Shown: positions 1-11,743 of the stretch, in pieces
Layout of the letters: each line of letters begins with the position of its first letter
Position numbering within the stretch: the first letter of the stretch is position 1
From: Mesotaenium endlicherianum
Taxonomy: Eukaryota
Assembly: GCA_009602735.1 (NCBI GenBank)
Contig: WELA01003449.1
Location: 662,205-703,257, forward strand
Direction of reading: 5' to 3'
DNA: 41,053 nucleotides
The notes under the pieces: model-generated
The model's input: only the letters and a program-made list of their open reading frames with translations
Told to the model about the DNA's origin: nothing
The model's database searches: none
Position numbers and translations under genes: made by a program

Positions 1-44
1 GGGGGGAGGGGGTTGGGGTGATGGTGCAGGGGTGCGTGACTCAC

Positions 45-3000
45 AAAGAACTGGGCAACCTGGGGAATGGCCCACATGCGGTTGCTGACGCTGTCGAACT
101 TGAGGCCCTTGGTGGCGTGGCCCGCATTGAAGAGGTCCAGGGGCGCGAACATGGTCATCAGCGTGATGGCTGCTGCCTGCCTGCACGCCGCGTTGTAGTT
201 TGCAAACCTGAACGCGGACACACACACGCGCACACGCACACGCCACACGCACACGCAGCGGGTGGGTGGGTGTGTCTGTGTTGAGTGCGTGGATTTAAGA
301 GTGCATGTAGACAGTAGAGGAGAACGCTCACAAGCAATGCTCACGGTACTGCTGGCAGGTGCCACTTGAGAGTTGTACGCTACGAGCCCCGGCACAGACG
401 AGCCCTGGAGCTACAAGAAGGGGGGAGCAGGGTATGAGCAAGCGAGCGGGGATTGAGCATACTTGCAGTCCTGCACCAGGTTGGGGGCGGTGCTCTCGAA
501 GCGCTTGGACTGGTCAATGGCCACCCCGATGGCCGGCTGGTCTCTCCAGTTGGCCACGGAGCGCCCCTGCTGGCCCGCTGCCAGCGGCATGCTGCACAGA
601 CAGAGAAAATGGTGGCAGACCACGCGCTTCTGTTGAGATTGATTCGTTCCGCTCATACAACGTTCTCTGCACATGGGCTTTGCACTTGTTCTCCCCGCGT
701 TCGGGCGGCCTCCCCCACTGAAGTGCATACAGGGAGGACTGCACTTTGAGACAACACACATATTCGTATTTAACAAGGGGCCCCGCATGTCATCGCTTTT
801 ATGTGAGCAGCAGGATGGGTGCACCTACGCACAACACATACACACACAACACACAAAAACACACACACACACGCACACACACAGGGAGAGGCGCTTTGAG
901 GCATGGGGAACAGAGGTTGGGGGGGGGAAGTGGACCTGCAGCCAACGACGGGCTTGCACCCGGAAAACTGGTCGGTGGACAGGCAGCCCTCCAGCGTGGG
1001 GTTGCCAATGTTGGCGGAGAGCGCCAGGAAGCGCGACAGCTGGACGCTCACGCCCTCGTCACGGTTGAGCATCACGCCGATGCCGTTGTCGGAGAACGTC
1101 GAGTCCCGGATGACCAGGCGGTCGGTGGCGTGCACAAACATCCTGCGCACATCCACATCATGATTACTTGTAATAATTGCTGATGGCTGGAGCCCGGCGG
1201 TACCGTTGAAAGGTCACTTCGTGCGTTGGGCTGTCTACAGATCAGTGTGAGATTACATGAAATCAATCATGTCGTGCATCGCAAAGACCAAGCACTGCAT
1301 ATGCTGGACATGCAAAGAGTGCGCGCGGCAACGGGACTCCTCACCCCCACTGGCCGTTCTTGTAGATGTTTAAGTTGGTCATCTGATTGGTTGGTCCAGG
1401 CTGCAAGGGCACACACATTGCAAGTGAATGAAGAATGGTCAGGGAGCGCGCCTGTGACAATTGCGTCGAGTGCCTCATTCTTGAAGCACTACAACAGGTA
1501 ATAATAAATCACTGTGACAATTGACAAAAACTCAAATAGAGAGGGACAGATTGAGAGTGGCCAGCCAGCCACAGGTCGGGAGGGAGGGTGCGAAAAAAGT
1601 CAGGGCACAGGGCTGCAATGCATGTCGCAGAAATTAGAGTTTAGGTAGAAGAAAACAAGGATCAGGACAAGGATATAACTGTCGCAGAAGAATGCCCTGC
1701 TCCTCGGCGGGGCTCTTTGGCAGGGGGCTAAGTCTCACCTTCATGTAGCCACTGTATGTGCCGTCGACGCGGGGGTGGCTGCCGTGAGGGTACGTGCGAA
1801 CGCCCGCCTGCTTGTTGGAGTGCGCCACGTTGCCCGTGAAGGAGCCCAGCATGGACACCATGGGCACGGTTTCGTTGACGAGCTCCCAGCTGAGCGAGAG
1901 GCCGCGCACCTCCGAGTGCAGTTCGAACCAGAACCTGCACCGTGCACGCATGCATGCGCCGCAAAAGACAGGCCAAAGGGGAGCGATAACATGAGACTCA
2001 AAGGGTCACTCCCACAGGCTGAAGATCAAGAGCAAATAGCTGCCAAAGTCCCCCTCTTGTAAAGTGCCTGCAGCTTATGTATAGATGATGCCTCAAGGAC
2101 TTGACAGGTCTGGGGAGGCGAGCAGAGGGGCGGGCCGGGTATGCGCTGTGTGCAGTCTCACCCGGAGTCGAAGCTCCCGGCGGCGACGTTGTTGGTGATG
2201 AAGTTGTTCATGTTGGTGAACCAGAACGTGCTGGGGGTGATGTCCGTCTCGTCCTCCGCTATGGGGATGGTCACTGCACCATGGAGCGTTTGGCGCATGC
2301 ATCCCGACAGAAGACTACGTCAGCGCTCCCACGGCAGGCCATTGGATCTATCAAACCATCAAGCGCATGAGGCAGGCATCTGGTGGACCGTGGAGACGAT
2401 TGCGATCGAGCAGCCAGGAGGCTCAGAGGGCGCAGCTGACCTGGCAGGGTCGAGATTCCGAGGTTGTGATCGAACACGTTGCCGGTCTCGGCGCCCTCCT
2501 CCAGGATGAAGCAGTGCCCCTTGGTGGAGAAGGCGACGTTGTCGAAGATGGTGACGTTGAAGCTGGCGTGGATTATGACGCATCTCTGCCGCACAGTCAG
2601 CGCAGAAGGCGTCCAGCGCACAGGCAGCCCATCTCTAAGCAGTCACTTTCTTGATCTCAAATGTTGTGGTAGGGGGTTGGAGGAAGGGAGGGAGGGGGCG
2701 GGGAGGAGCTTGGGGGCGATGGTGGCACAAGTAGCCCCACAGGCAGCCACGCAAAGGTGCTCACAAGAGAGATGACGAGAAGAAGGTAAAGACACGCGAG
2801 ACGTACGCAGGCCTGTGTGCGCGCGCACACCCACACACACACGCGCACACACATAGACAACACATACGACACACGCACACACATACACACACCTGGTGGC
2901 TGTCCATGACCGTGTTCTTGCGGATGTAGGTGCCGCCCTGCTGGTTGCCCACGAAGTGCATGTGGATGGGGTAGCGGCCAAGCTTGCCCTGCTGCCCCAT

Positions 3001-5389
3001 CCCCACGGACTGCAGGCCCTCTATGTACTGCGCCACCCGCGTGAAGTACACGATGAAGTGCCCGCCTGTCAAGAACTCACACAAACAAGGCATCCACTCA
3101 GAGGAGTGACATACCAGCCAAAATTAGATTCACCTAGCACGCACTTCAGCTGTCTCAACACACTAGCATGTGGGTGCTGCCCTAAGCTTGCCCGGCACCT
3201 GGTGACATGTTCCCTTTTTAAGAGGGCTGAGAACTTCCGAGGGCAGCAGCTGACACAGTCTGGCTACAAGACTCGATCTACTTATGGCACAATGTAGGAG
3301 CATGCATGCAGCAAATGAGAAGAGAGCGCAGGCATAGCTCATGCCTTCTCATCGTATAGAAGGAATTCGAGTAGGCAGACCATTCCCGGCAGGTACTACT
3401 GACCTTCGAGGGCGTAGGGGGCGGGCTCCTGGGTGGCCGTCATGACGATGTTGCGCGACAGCAGCGCCACCTCACCATGCTGGTCCACTGAGCCACCAAA
3501 GCCGTCGCTCAGAGCGCCGCCCCAGTGCATGAACGCCAGCGGGCGGTCCAGCGTGATGACCACGCCTGCTCCTGACGGAGCCACTGCAGAAATTGCAGAT
3601 ACATATCGAGGGACAGAAAAAGTGGGAGTCAGGCACGGGCGCATGGTGGGAGTCTAGATCCTAGGCTGAAGTCTGAAAGCAGTGCAAAGTGCTGGCCAGG
3701 TCCAGACTGGATACTCGCCAACAATCCAATTAGCAGAGCGTCGCAATGCATGAATTCAGAACTAGTGGGCCTGACTCCACAAGCCAATGTGCAAAACACG
3801 CCAGCCAAGAAGTTAAGCACTGAAGAATCCTTGCTGGCAGTTGACAGAACAAGGAGAGGGGACCCCTTATTGAAATGGAGATCCGTAAAAGGTAAGGCCG
3901 TGCCTGCAGTGACTGTGAAGCGCTCGGCCTGCTCCAGGTCGTAGTCGGTGGAGGCAAGCCCTATGACGGCGCCAACTGGCCACAACCCGGCCACTTTCTG
4001 GTCGACGTAGATCTTGGTGTCGCCCACCTTTGCCGTGGCCGACAGCCTGCACCAGGTGGGCATCGTGCGCGGCCCGGGCAGACCGTGAAAATTCACCTGC
4101 CCGCCAACCTGGAGTACAGCACGCCATCATGGCTGATCAGTATAAGAAGAAGCGTAATCGCACACGCATGCAGCGTGAGATCCAAACTCAAAGAAGAGGG
4201 TCTCTATGGGCCTGCAGGGTCCAGGCTGCGACAAGTTCAAACATATACGAGCATGAGTGAAATGTGTGGGGGTCGCGCAGCTATGAGTCCGACGACAACA
4301 TAATGGAGTAGTGTAGCCACCCCCAAATGGGCGTCTGATGGTCACTAACCACTGCAAAGGCCTTGTGGCCCAAGCTTCGGGGGTAGGCAGGCTCCGCCGG
4401 CAGGTTGTAGGAGTAGAGGAAGGATGCTCTGTTGAACTGGGTGTTGGGCGTGAGCGTGATGGTGGCCTTGCGCGAGAACTGCTTGGCCTCGGTCCCCACG
4501 ATAAAGGTGCCTTCCACCACAATGAAGTTGGCCGAGAGGGCGATGTTTCCCACGGACGCGTCGTCGAAGAATCTGCACCAGGCGGGCAGAATGGTGCAAG
4601 AGCACACGCATGCGTTTGTATTAATTGCGGGTTAGCATTGCTTGGCACTCCTTGTGTATACGTGCACAGCCACAGGGAAGTGTGCGCCTGGGGAAGGGCG
4701 GGAACATGTTACCAGAATAAGTTAGGTGATATATAAGTAGAGATGGAGAGAATGTTGCAGCAACTAGAATCTGAAAGTGGTCGTACTTGAGAGCGCCCAT
4801 GACTCGCAGAAGGCCCAGGTCAACCTTGGGCACATCCAGGAGGACAGCCATGCCGCAGGGGATGGTGGCATTGGACCCTGCCGCGGTCCCCACGCCGGGC
4901 ACAATGCCGCCGGCCCAAGTGAGAGGGTTGCTCCACTTCTTGTAGCCTGCGTAGCACAAGATCTCCGCGGCAGGAAGAAGGGGGTTCCGGAAATCAGGTC
5001 TCAGTGGTCAAACCTTCGTGATGAATGGGATTTTCGTGAGAGTCTGATGTAGACTGACTGACGCTGACGCTGCATGCTCAGTCTTGCAGGAAGCCAGCTA
5101 GGACAAGCATTGATAGCTAGTGCAAATATGATCTTGCTTCGCATTAAGTATACGACCATACACTGGCAGGAAGTAAGATACAAGAAGGTGAGAACACAAA
5201 TGGTGTAAGAGAAGATTAAGTATCACCTTGCGGAGGGGGATCCAGAAGGAATGGACCGCAGGGCGAGGTGAAGACGTCATTGGGATTCATGGGTGAAGCT
5301 TCAACACTCAATGAAAGAATAGATACCGCCAGTAGGAATATTCTCATGGCTCTTGGGGGAGCACTACGAACGCCTTCAGTTGCGGCCAT
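45..5389 (-). CDS. Secreted G8-domain / parallel beta-helix protein (CEMIP/TMEM2/PKHD1L1-fibrocystin-like); 13 exons in window, 3' end runs off the left edge
   Basis: Exons built by hand, all reading phases consistent (2112 nt, 704 codons): 5227-5389, 4787-4946, 4350-4572, 3904-4108, 3404-3583, 2893-3065, 2441-2585, 2162-2273, 1739-1934, 1345-1400, 936-1142, 463-591, 45-207. N-terminal signal-like MRIFLLAVSILSLSVEA. G8-like motifs WSNPLTW..G.VP, IVVEGTFIVGTE, VGGQVNFHG. Family motifs EVALLSRNIV, GQQGKLGRYPIHMH, RCVIIH, GHCFILEEGAETGNVFDHNLG, PSTFWFTN..N..TNNVAAGS, GFWFE, FTGNVAHSN, IYKNGQWG. Confidence 0.88.
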
Positions 5390-6964
5390 GGTCGGCCCGC
5401 GCTCCAGTTCGTAGTTATCAAGGTAAACGCCTTTGCAGCCACCAGCGATCTTTCAGTTACTTAGTAGGTTGACTAAGCTTCTTGTGTGTAGATGTTCTGG
5501 AAATTTGCAAATTGGTGGGCGTATAACACTTTACTGTCTTGAGGGATCCTCGTCTAATCAAATTCGCGGACACTAAGACCTTTCAGCATGCTTCCAGCCA
5601 CTGGCGCCCTTTATAGGAGGACGAACTGTTTGTGTTCCAGTTAAGTTGGAACTTGGAAGATGACTGGAGCAAGCTGTAGTGAGCTGGAGCCAAAAAGGCA
5701 TCGGCGCTTCTTTCACAGGAGTCAACGAAGTCTTGTCCTCGTCTGACATCCCTCCCGTCATTGTGCGTCACAAGCGGCCATAACTTCTGGCTTTTCGAAG
5801 AACGAAACGTGCTTCGAATCATGGCTACACAAACAGTTTGGTGGTTTGTGGTTCTTCCACACTGTTCACAGGCGGATGCAGCCAGGTGCATTAAGAAAGT
5901 CAACGACTGCAAAATATCCTGTCCCAAGCTTCCCACACGGATATTGGTACAATCAGGTGTCTTATACTGTCTTATAGTCACTTAATAGTGGCTAACATGC
6001 CTGAAGCTCTACTATTGGATGTGCCACGTGTGTAAGGTGATCCAGCTAAAGGGGAATGTTTGAAGCAATTGAAAACTTGGAAGCTCCGATGATGGATCAT
6101 GGCAGGCTGAGGCTTGTGAAGCTGGACCCTGGTCAAACCCTGGTAATATAGCGACGCTGATGTACTCGCGCCCGTGCGCGCCCGCATACTGGTTCAATCA
6201 ATATCGAGTTTGAGGGGACCGACCAATTTCCCCTCATAACGATCGCGAACAAATTTGAGCGTCGAAACAGCGCGAACGCTGTCCACGCTCCATGTCGCCG
6301 CTAACGACCTAAACCTCCCTCCACCACGCCTCCTCCCTCCCCTTCCCAACCCTCTCTCTCTAGCACCCTCATAACAAGCAGGCGCCTGCAACCACGAGCG
6401 GCCATGGCTTCCCACCAGCGTGCGCTCCCAAGCGCTCGACCCCACGAACGCATCTAACGAGGAAGAGCGCCCTCTCCCACGACCCCATGACGAGCTACCT
6501 CGCGGCCGCCTCGCCTCTCCTCGCCATGGTCGCTCACGAAAAGCGCCCAAAGGGCACACTCTCTAAGCGAAAGCAAAGAAGAAAAAGTTATTGCGAAGCC
6601 CTAATTATGGCGGTCGCGAAAGGGCGGGCCGTAGAGAAGAAGTGCCACCGCGACGGAACGCTTTCGCGTCGTGAACATGCAATTTCGAATGCGCACGGGT
6701 CAGCGCTCACACGAGCGAGGGCCCTTACTGATTTCCCCCTCACATAAGTAACATGAGGGGCGCCTCTCTACGACAATATACTACCGCACATACTCGCACC
6801 CGCATACATACTACTGCTTACGACACTTCGAACTTCGAATCTCATATTCACTTCCAGAGCACGAGAAAATGATATCACTTAAGATATGCCATACACCGAT
6901 TGGGTTCAGACCTCCCTTATAAATTAATTCAATGTGCCCACGTGTATGGTGCATTCAAGTGTGT

Positions 6965-7000
6965 AAGGTTTTTGGGTTAAGGGTTCGGGTTTCGGGTTTA
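6965..7000 (+). repeat. Short degenerate telomere-like (TTTAGGG-like) tract
   Basis: ggtttttgggttaagggttcgggtttcgggttta: about 4-5 imperfect TTT/GGG units. Confidence 0.35.
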
Positions 7001-7793
7001 CAGGAAGCGCACTCTCGCTTCTTGGTTTTAATGAGAAATACTTCTTCCTACATTCCGATGCAGTATTTATCCCTGATTTGCTCATGTGTGCTATGGGTGC
7101 TAGTAGCGTACAATCTTCTCTGTGCATAAAATACACATAATCGGTGCATCTTCAAGTGTTCTTCACTATATTATTGATATGCTCCCATGAAGTCAAGGTA
7201 TCAATCTCAAACGCACACCTTAGAGCAATCTGGCTGTAGAAGCAATCCACAATCGTATTTGCAAATAATGATAAAATTTGAACACTCTCCAAAATGGCTC
7301 CTGGCACTTGCCGTTGTAGTAGGCAGTGTAATGCAAACCCATGGAAGGGTGCCAATTTCTATCAAATGTATGGAGTGAACACAAAAGAAATGGCAAAATA
7401 CAGGCATCACTTCACATTGTGAAAACTTGAGAATGTTGAAGCTAAAGGACATTATGTACAGTTGAGTCCCCAATACTATAGTTGACGGCGTACCTATGCA
7501 CTTTCTGTGTAGAAGGACGCTAAACATAAACTAGCAGAGCTACAGTATCCCTGCAGGCTGCATGCATCTAGAACAAAATGGAGAGACAAAAGATATGATA
7601 TTTACCTACAGAATCAACAAGAAGCAGCCCTTAGACATCATACTATTTCAGAGAAAATTTATGTGTGGGAATATTGATTCCTTAAACTAGGTGTATGCAT
7701 GCACAACCAAATGCCTAGACGGGCCCGCCTCGACTTTGACCACCATAGTCCTTTGTACAAAGTGTCCTCCCCATGACGAGGAGCAAGTGCCTC

Positions 7794-9872
7794 TCACGTT
7801 CTTGGCCCTGCCAATATATCGTCTAAAAATGGAGTATCGCTTGAACGAGAATCGCCATTTGCAGGGAATTCACGCTTCCAAACAGAACCGCTGTCATCCT
7901 TTTCCAAGAAAGGATTCACTGTGTTGCTCTGCCTGCTCCTGGCTCCAGACAGAGGAGGCGCAGCCCCTCCTTGCTCCCTCACGTCGCTCTCCAGATGAGA
8001 ATCCGAAAGAGCGATTCCAAATCCTTCAGATGCTGGACCCGATGCATCATCCCCTGATCGTGCCAAGGAGGACGGCAAACTCCTCGAGCTGGCCATCAAA
8101 GGACCTTCGCCTCCGCCACGCTCGTCGCGATGCGTATGAGCACCCCGGTAACCGAACCCCAGCGCACCCGGCGAGAGATCGCCCCTCCCCTTGTCCTGCC
8201 CGACATCCTTGTCATCGAGAAAGCTGCTTCGCACACCGTCCGACTTCCAAGGAGACCTTCCCCCTCTGTCACTGGTGTCACTTCCCGGCCGCCTTGCGCC
8301 CCCAAAGGGCCCCAGCCCCACCAGGCTCTGCCTCGGGCCCTCCTCACGCGCCACGCTCGACGAAGACCACAAGCTGCTGTCTCCAAAGCCACCGTCTGCA
8401 AGTCTGCCCCTAGCCCCTTCGGGCCGCCAGGTGTCGGGCCTGAGCCGTCCCCCTTCCCTTTTCGAGGCCGCCTGAGAGTGAGAGGCTCTTCGAGACTCAT
8501 AGTGCTCGTGACTCCTGCCGTGGTCCTCGTATAGGGAGTCTGGGAGGAAGTCGTCATGTCCCGCACTGCTCCCCTGTCCTGGCTCGCTCAGCTGGCAGGA
8601 TTGGCCGGCCCGCCAGAGCCACTGCCGGCCACGACGCTCGACTTCTCCGCTTTGGCTTGTGGCTCCCTTCCAGGCTCCTGCGGGAGCCTGCTCCGCACTC
8701 CTCCCCGGGCTCTGCAGCGCTCCCCCTGGAGCACCTCCCGTTGCAACGTCGTACCTTGGATCAAACTGATCGACGCTTCGAGGCTGCCCCTGGCCTCCCT
8801 GGACCTCTTCAGACTGCTCTTCAACTGATGCTTCCAACGCCGCCGAGCTGGCCGCGTCATCTCCCCTCACCCCTCTGTACAATCTTGAGACTCCTCCCTG
8901 CCAGCCTCTGGTGGGTCCGAGCCCGGGCCCCAGCCCCAACCCCGACGCCACTCCGGAGCCCAGGCCTGACATGCCCTGTATATGTACGCTGCTCCTGTCC
9001 ATCCTAGACGCTCCCCCCCCAGGTCCTAACCTGGACTGCAGAATTGACCTCCCCCGCGCGCCCTCGCCCATCTCCCCCCACATCGAGCCCGTCGATTTCG
9101 ACATGTAGTACCGGTCGAGCCAGTAGAGCTGGTTCACATGCTCGTAGTTGATGAGCGCTGGCGAGCCGCGCCTGCTCCCCCCCCCCCNNNNNNNNNNNNN
9201 NNNNNNNNNNNNNNNNNNNNNNNNNNNNNNNNNNNNNNNNNNNNNNNNNNNNNNNNNNNNNNNNNNNNNNNNNNNNNNNNNNNNNNNNNNNNNNNNNNNN
9301 NNNNNNNNNNNNNNNNNNNNNNNNNNNNNNNNNNNNNNNNNNNNNNNNNNNNNNNNNNNNNNNNNNNNNNNNNNNNNNNNNNNNNNNNNNNNNNNNNNNN
9401 NNNNNNNNNNNNNNNNNCCCCCCCCCCTTGCTGCTGCTGCTGGTGCTGCTGCGGCTGCCCCATGCCACTGCCCCCCGCACTCTCCAACATGTGTGCCATA
9501 GAGTCCTCCAGGTGGCCCCCCAAAAAGCTGCTTTCTCGCCCACCGTACGCACTTTCAGACATGCTCCTCCTGCTGAGCGCCGCCGCGTCCGACAGTACGG
9601 GGTCGGAGAGGGGGTGCGTGCCAGCTGGCAGCGATGCGTAGCCCGCTTCCTCCTCGTCACTCCTGCCGCCGACTGAGCCGCGCCTCTCAGGCGCCGACAG
9701 GTGGCTTCTCAAGGATCCCGGCTCCATATGTGCATTCCTCCTGCTCCTGCTGGAAGGGGGTGACCCCGGAGCCTCCTGCTCCCCCTGGCAAGCCCAGAGA
9801 GGCTCCTCGTGCTCTCCACTTGACCTGCTTCTGCTTGCCACGGCGCGTGCGTCCCAGCCCCGGCTGGTGCTG

Positions 9873-9904
<32 letters not shown>

Positions 9905-11687
9905 AGCGTTGCCGCTGTACATGTCTCCGTACGAGTAGCGGGGCAAGCTCTGCGCCAGGGGCAGCGCCATGGAGCTCTCCAGGTCCCAGTGGGGGCCCGG
10001 GTTCCTCTGAGAGGGGGGTGCACGCAGCGGCGGATCCTGCGTGTGCGCGCATCCCCCTCCTGTCGCCTCGTCCCGGATGCTCTCATCCGCGAGCTGATGA
10101 CGAGCCTGGGCTCCGCATGCAGCTTCCGAGAGGGCGGCACCTGGCGTGCCGTCCAAGATGTTAGTGTGAGATGATCTGGCGCCGAGAGTGCTGCGTGCTA
10201 GTGGCGGCGGCAACGGCATCCCAAAGCAAGCAGGGGAAGACGAAAGGTGTCCTGCAGGCAAGGCGCAGGAGTCTTCTGCCAGGAGGCCCGAGCCGGGCGC
10301 TTGCTTGCTCTGGAAGTCGGCCAGCACCGCGAGGAACTGCTTCCCGCCCTCGTCCGGCTCCCAGTTGGGGTAGTTGCTCTTGAACCTGCACGGGGGGTAC
10401 GCAAGAGCAAGAAGGCAAGCGTACACACGCACACGCACACGCACAGGCAAGCGTACACGCATGAGACTGAAGAGCTTCGATGCGCCCTGGCTGGTCCTGC
10501 GGGGCAGCCGTGTGGCGCATGCTGGCACTTTCTTGGGAGGGCAGGGCAACACCATCGGCGTACTGGGTCTCTCGCGTTTCAGCCCCTCTTCATCCTGATG
10601 TGCCCCGAAGTGACTGATGAAAGCCTTGGGAGCGCTCAGTTTGCCAAAGCGTAAACTTCACAGCAAACAGGCCCGCAGCAGCGCTGCTTCCGCATCAGCA
10701 TCCGCATCAGCACCACCAAAGAAAAGGCTTTGGATCGTTGATATGCAGCGAAATTTAGGGCATAAAGGACGCATGAGAAGAGCCAATCCGCCCTACAACA
10801 CCTGAGCTGCTTCAGGCCATCCGGAAAAGTGGGAGTGACAGGGGTGCGAGTGAAGACGACCGCAGAGAGAACTCAGAGGAGAGACGCTGGTGTCTGAAGT
10901 TGGGTCCTAGCCACATACCAAAAGCACAGGGCACGTGCATTCCAGGCACGGGCTTTGTTCTGCAACCTCTCCATGCATAAAGGACATACTGGGGACAAGG
11001 CCGGAGCGGGAGGAAAGTGGAGCAGGGAGAGAGAGAGGTACCCGATGAAGGACTTCTCCATCTTGCCGTGAGAGCTGCGCTGCTCCTTGCTGGCATGGAA
11101 CGGCGACCCGTACTTGCTGTTGCCGTGGTGCTCAAAGTCAAACACACTCAAGCTGCAAGCCCCCCCCCTCCCCCCCCCAAGAAAAGACCAGCCCAAGCAC
11201 CGGGCACAAAACGAGCTTAGCGAGTGGAAGCAGCAAGTTAGCGTCTGCCCTAACACACGCGGCCAGGTGGCGGAGCCCATGTGTCTACGTACCTAGAGTG
11301 ATGAGCCTATGTCAACACGTGTCATGCACGGGGTGCCTGCCTACAAGAACAGCTGGTAGACGTCAAGCTGACGGGCACAGACAAACGTGCGAGAGGAGAG
11401 GGGGGGGGAGAGAGGGGGGGAGAGTGGGGGAAAGAAGAAAGAACGAGTGTGTACCTGCAGACGTGGCCGACACCGTCCACGTGCACAGTGAAGTCCTGCA
11501 CAAAATGAAGAATGCGGTCCACGCACTGCACCCGAGGGGACATCCAAGGAGGTGATTGAGGTCACTTGCTGCGTTGTGTATGCTTCAGAATGGACGCGGG
11601 TGACTCATACTGCACTACTGGCTCTTTCTAGGGGAGGACACACCGTTCCTGGACGTCCAACACTCCGTGCGGGTGTCTGTGCGCGTG

Positions 11688-11743
<56 letters not shown>

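Noticed and set aside
1204..1488. Alternative micro-exons (1452-1488, 1204-1234) for the G8 gene
   Set aside because: A single GT-AG exon 1345-1400 (PGPTNQMTNLNIYKNGQWG) fixes the phase and fits the family motif better.
6145..6815. GC-rich intergenic block with short ORFs and weak internal repeats (possible small transposon or gene)
   Set aside because: No terminal inverted repeats, TSD, splice pattern or recognisable protein motif found.
7691..9108. Plus-strand ORFs overlapping the ATG9 last exon
   Set aside because: Shadow ORFs of GC-rich coding sequence with no independent evidence.
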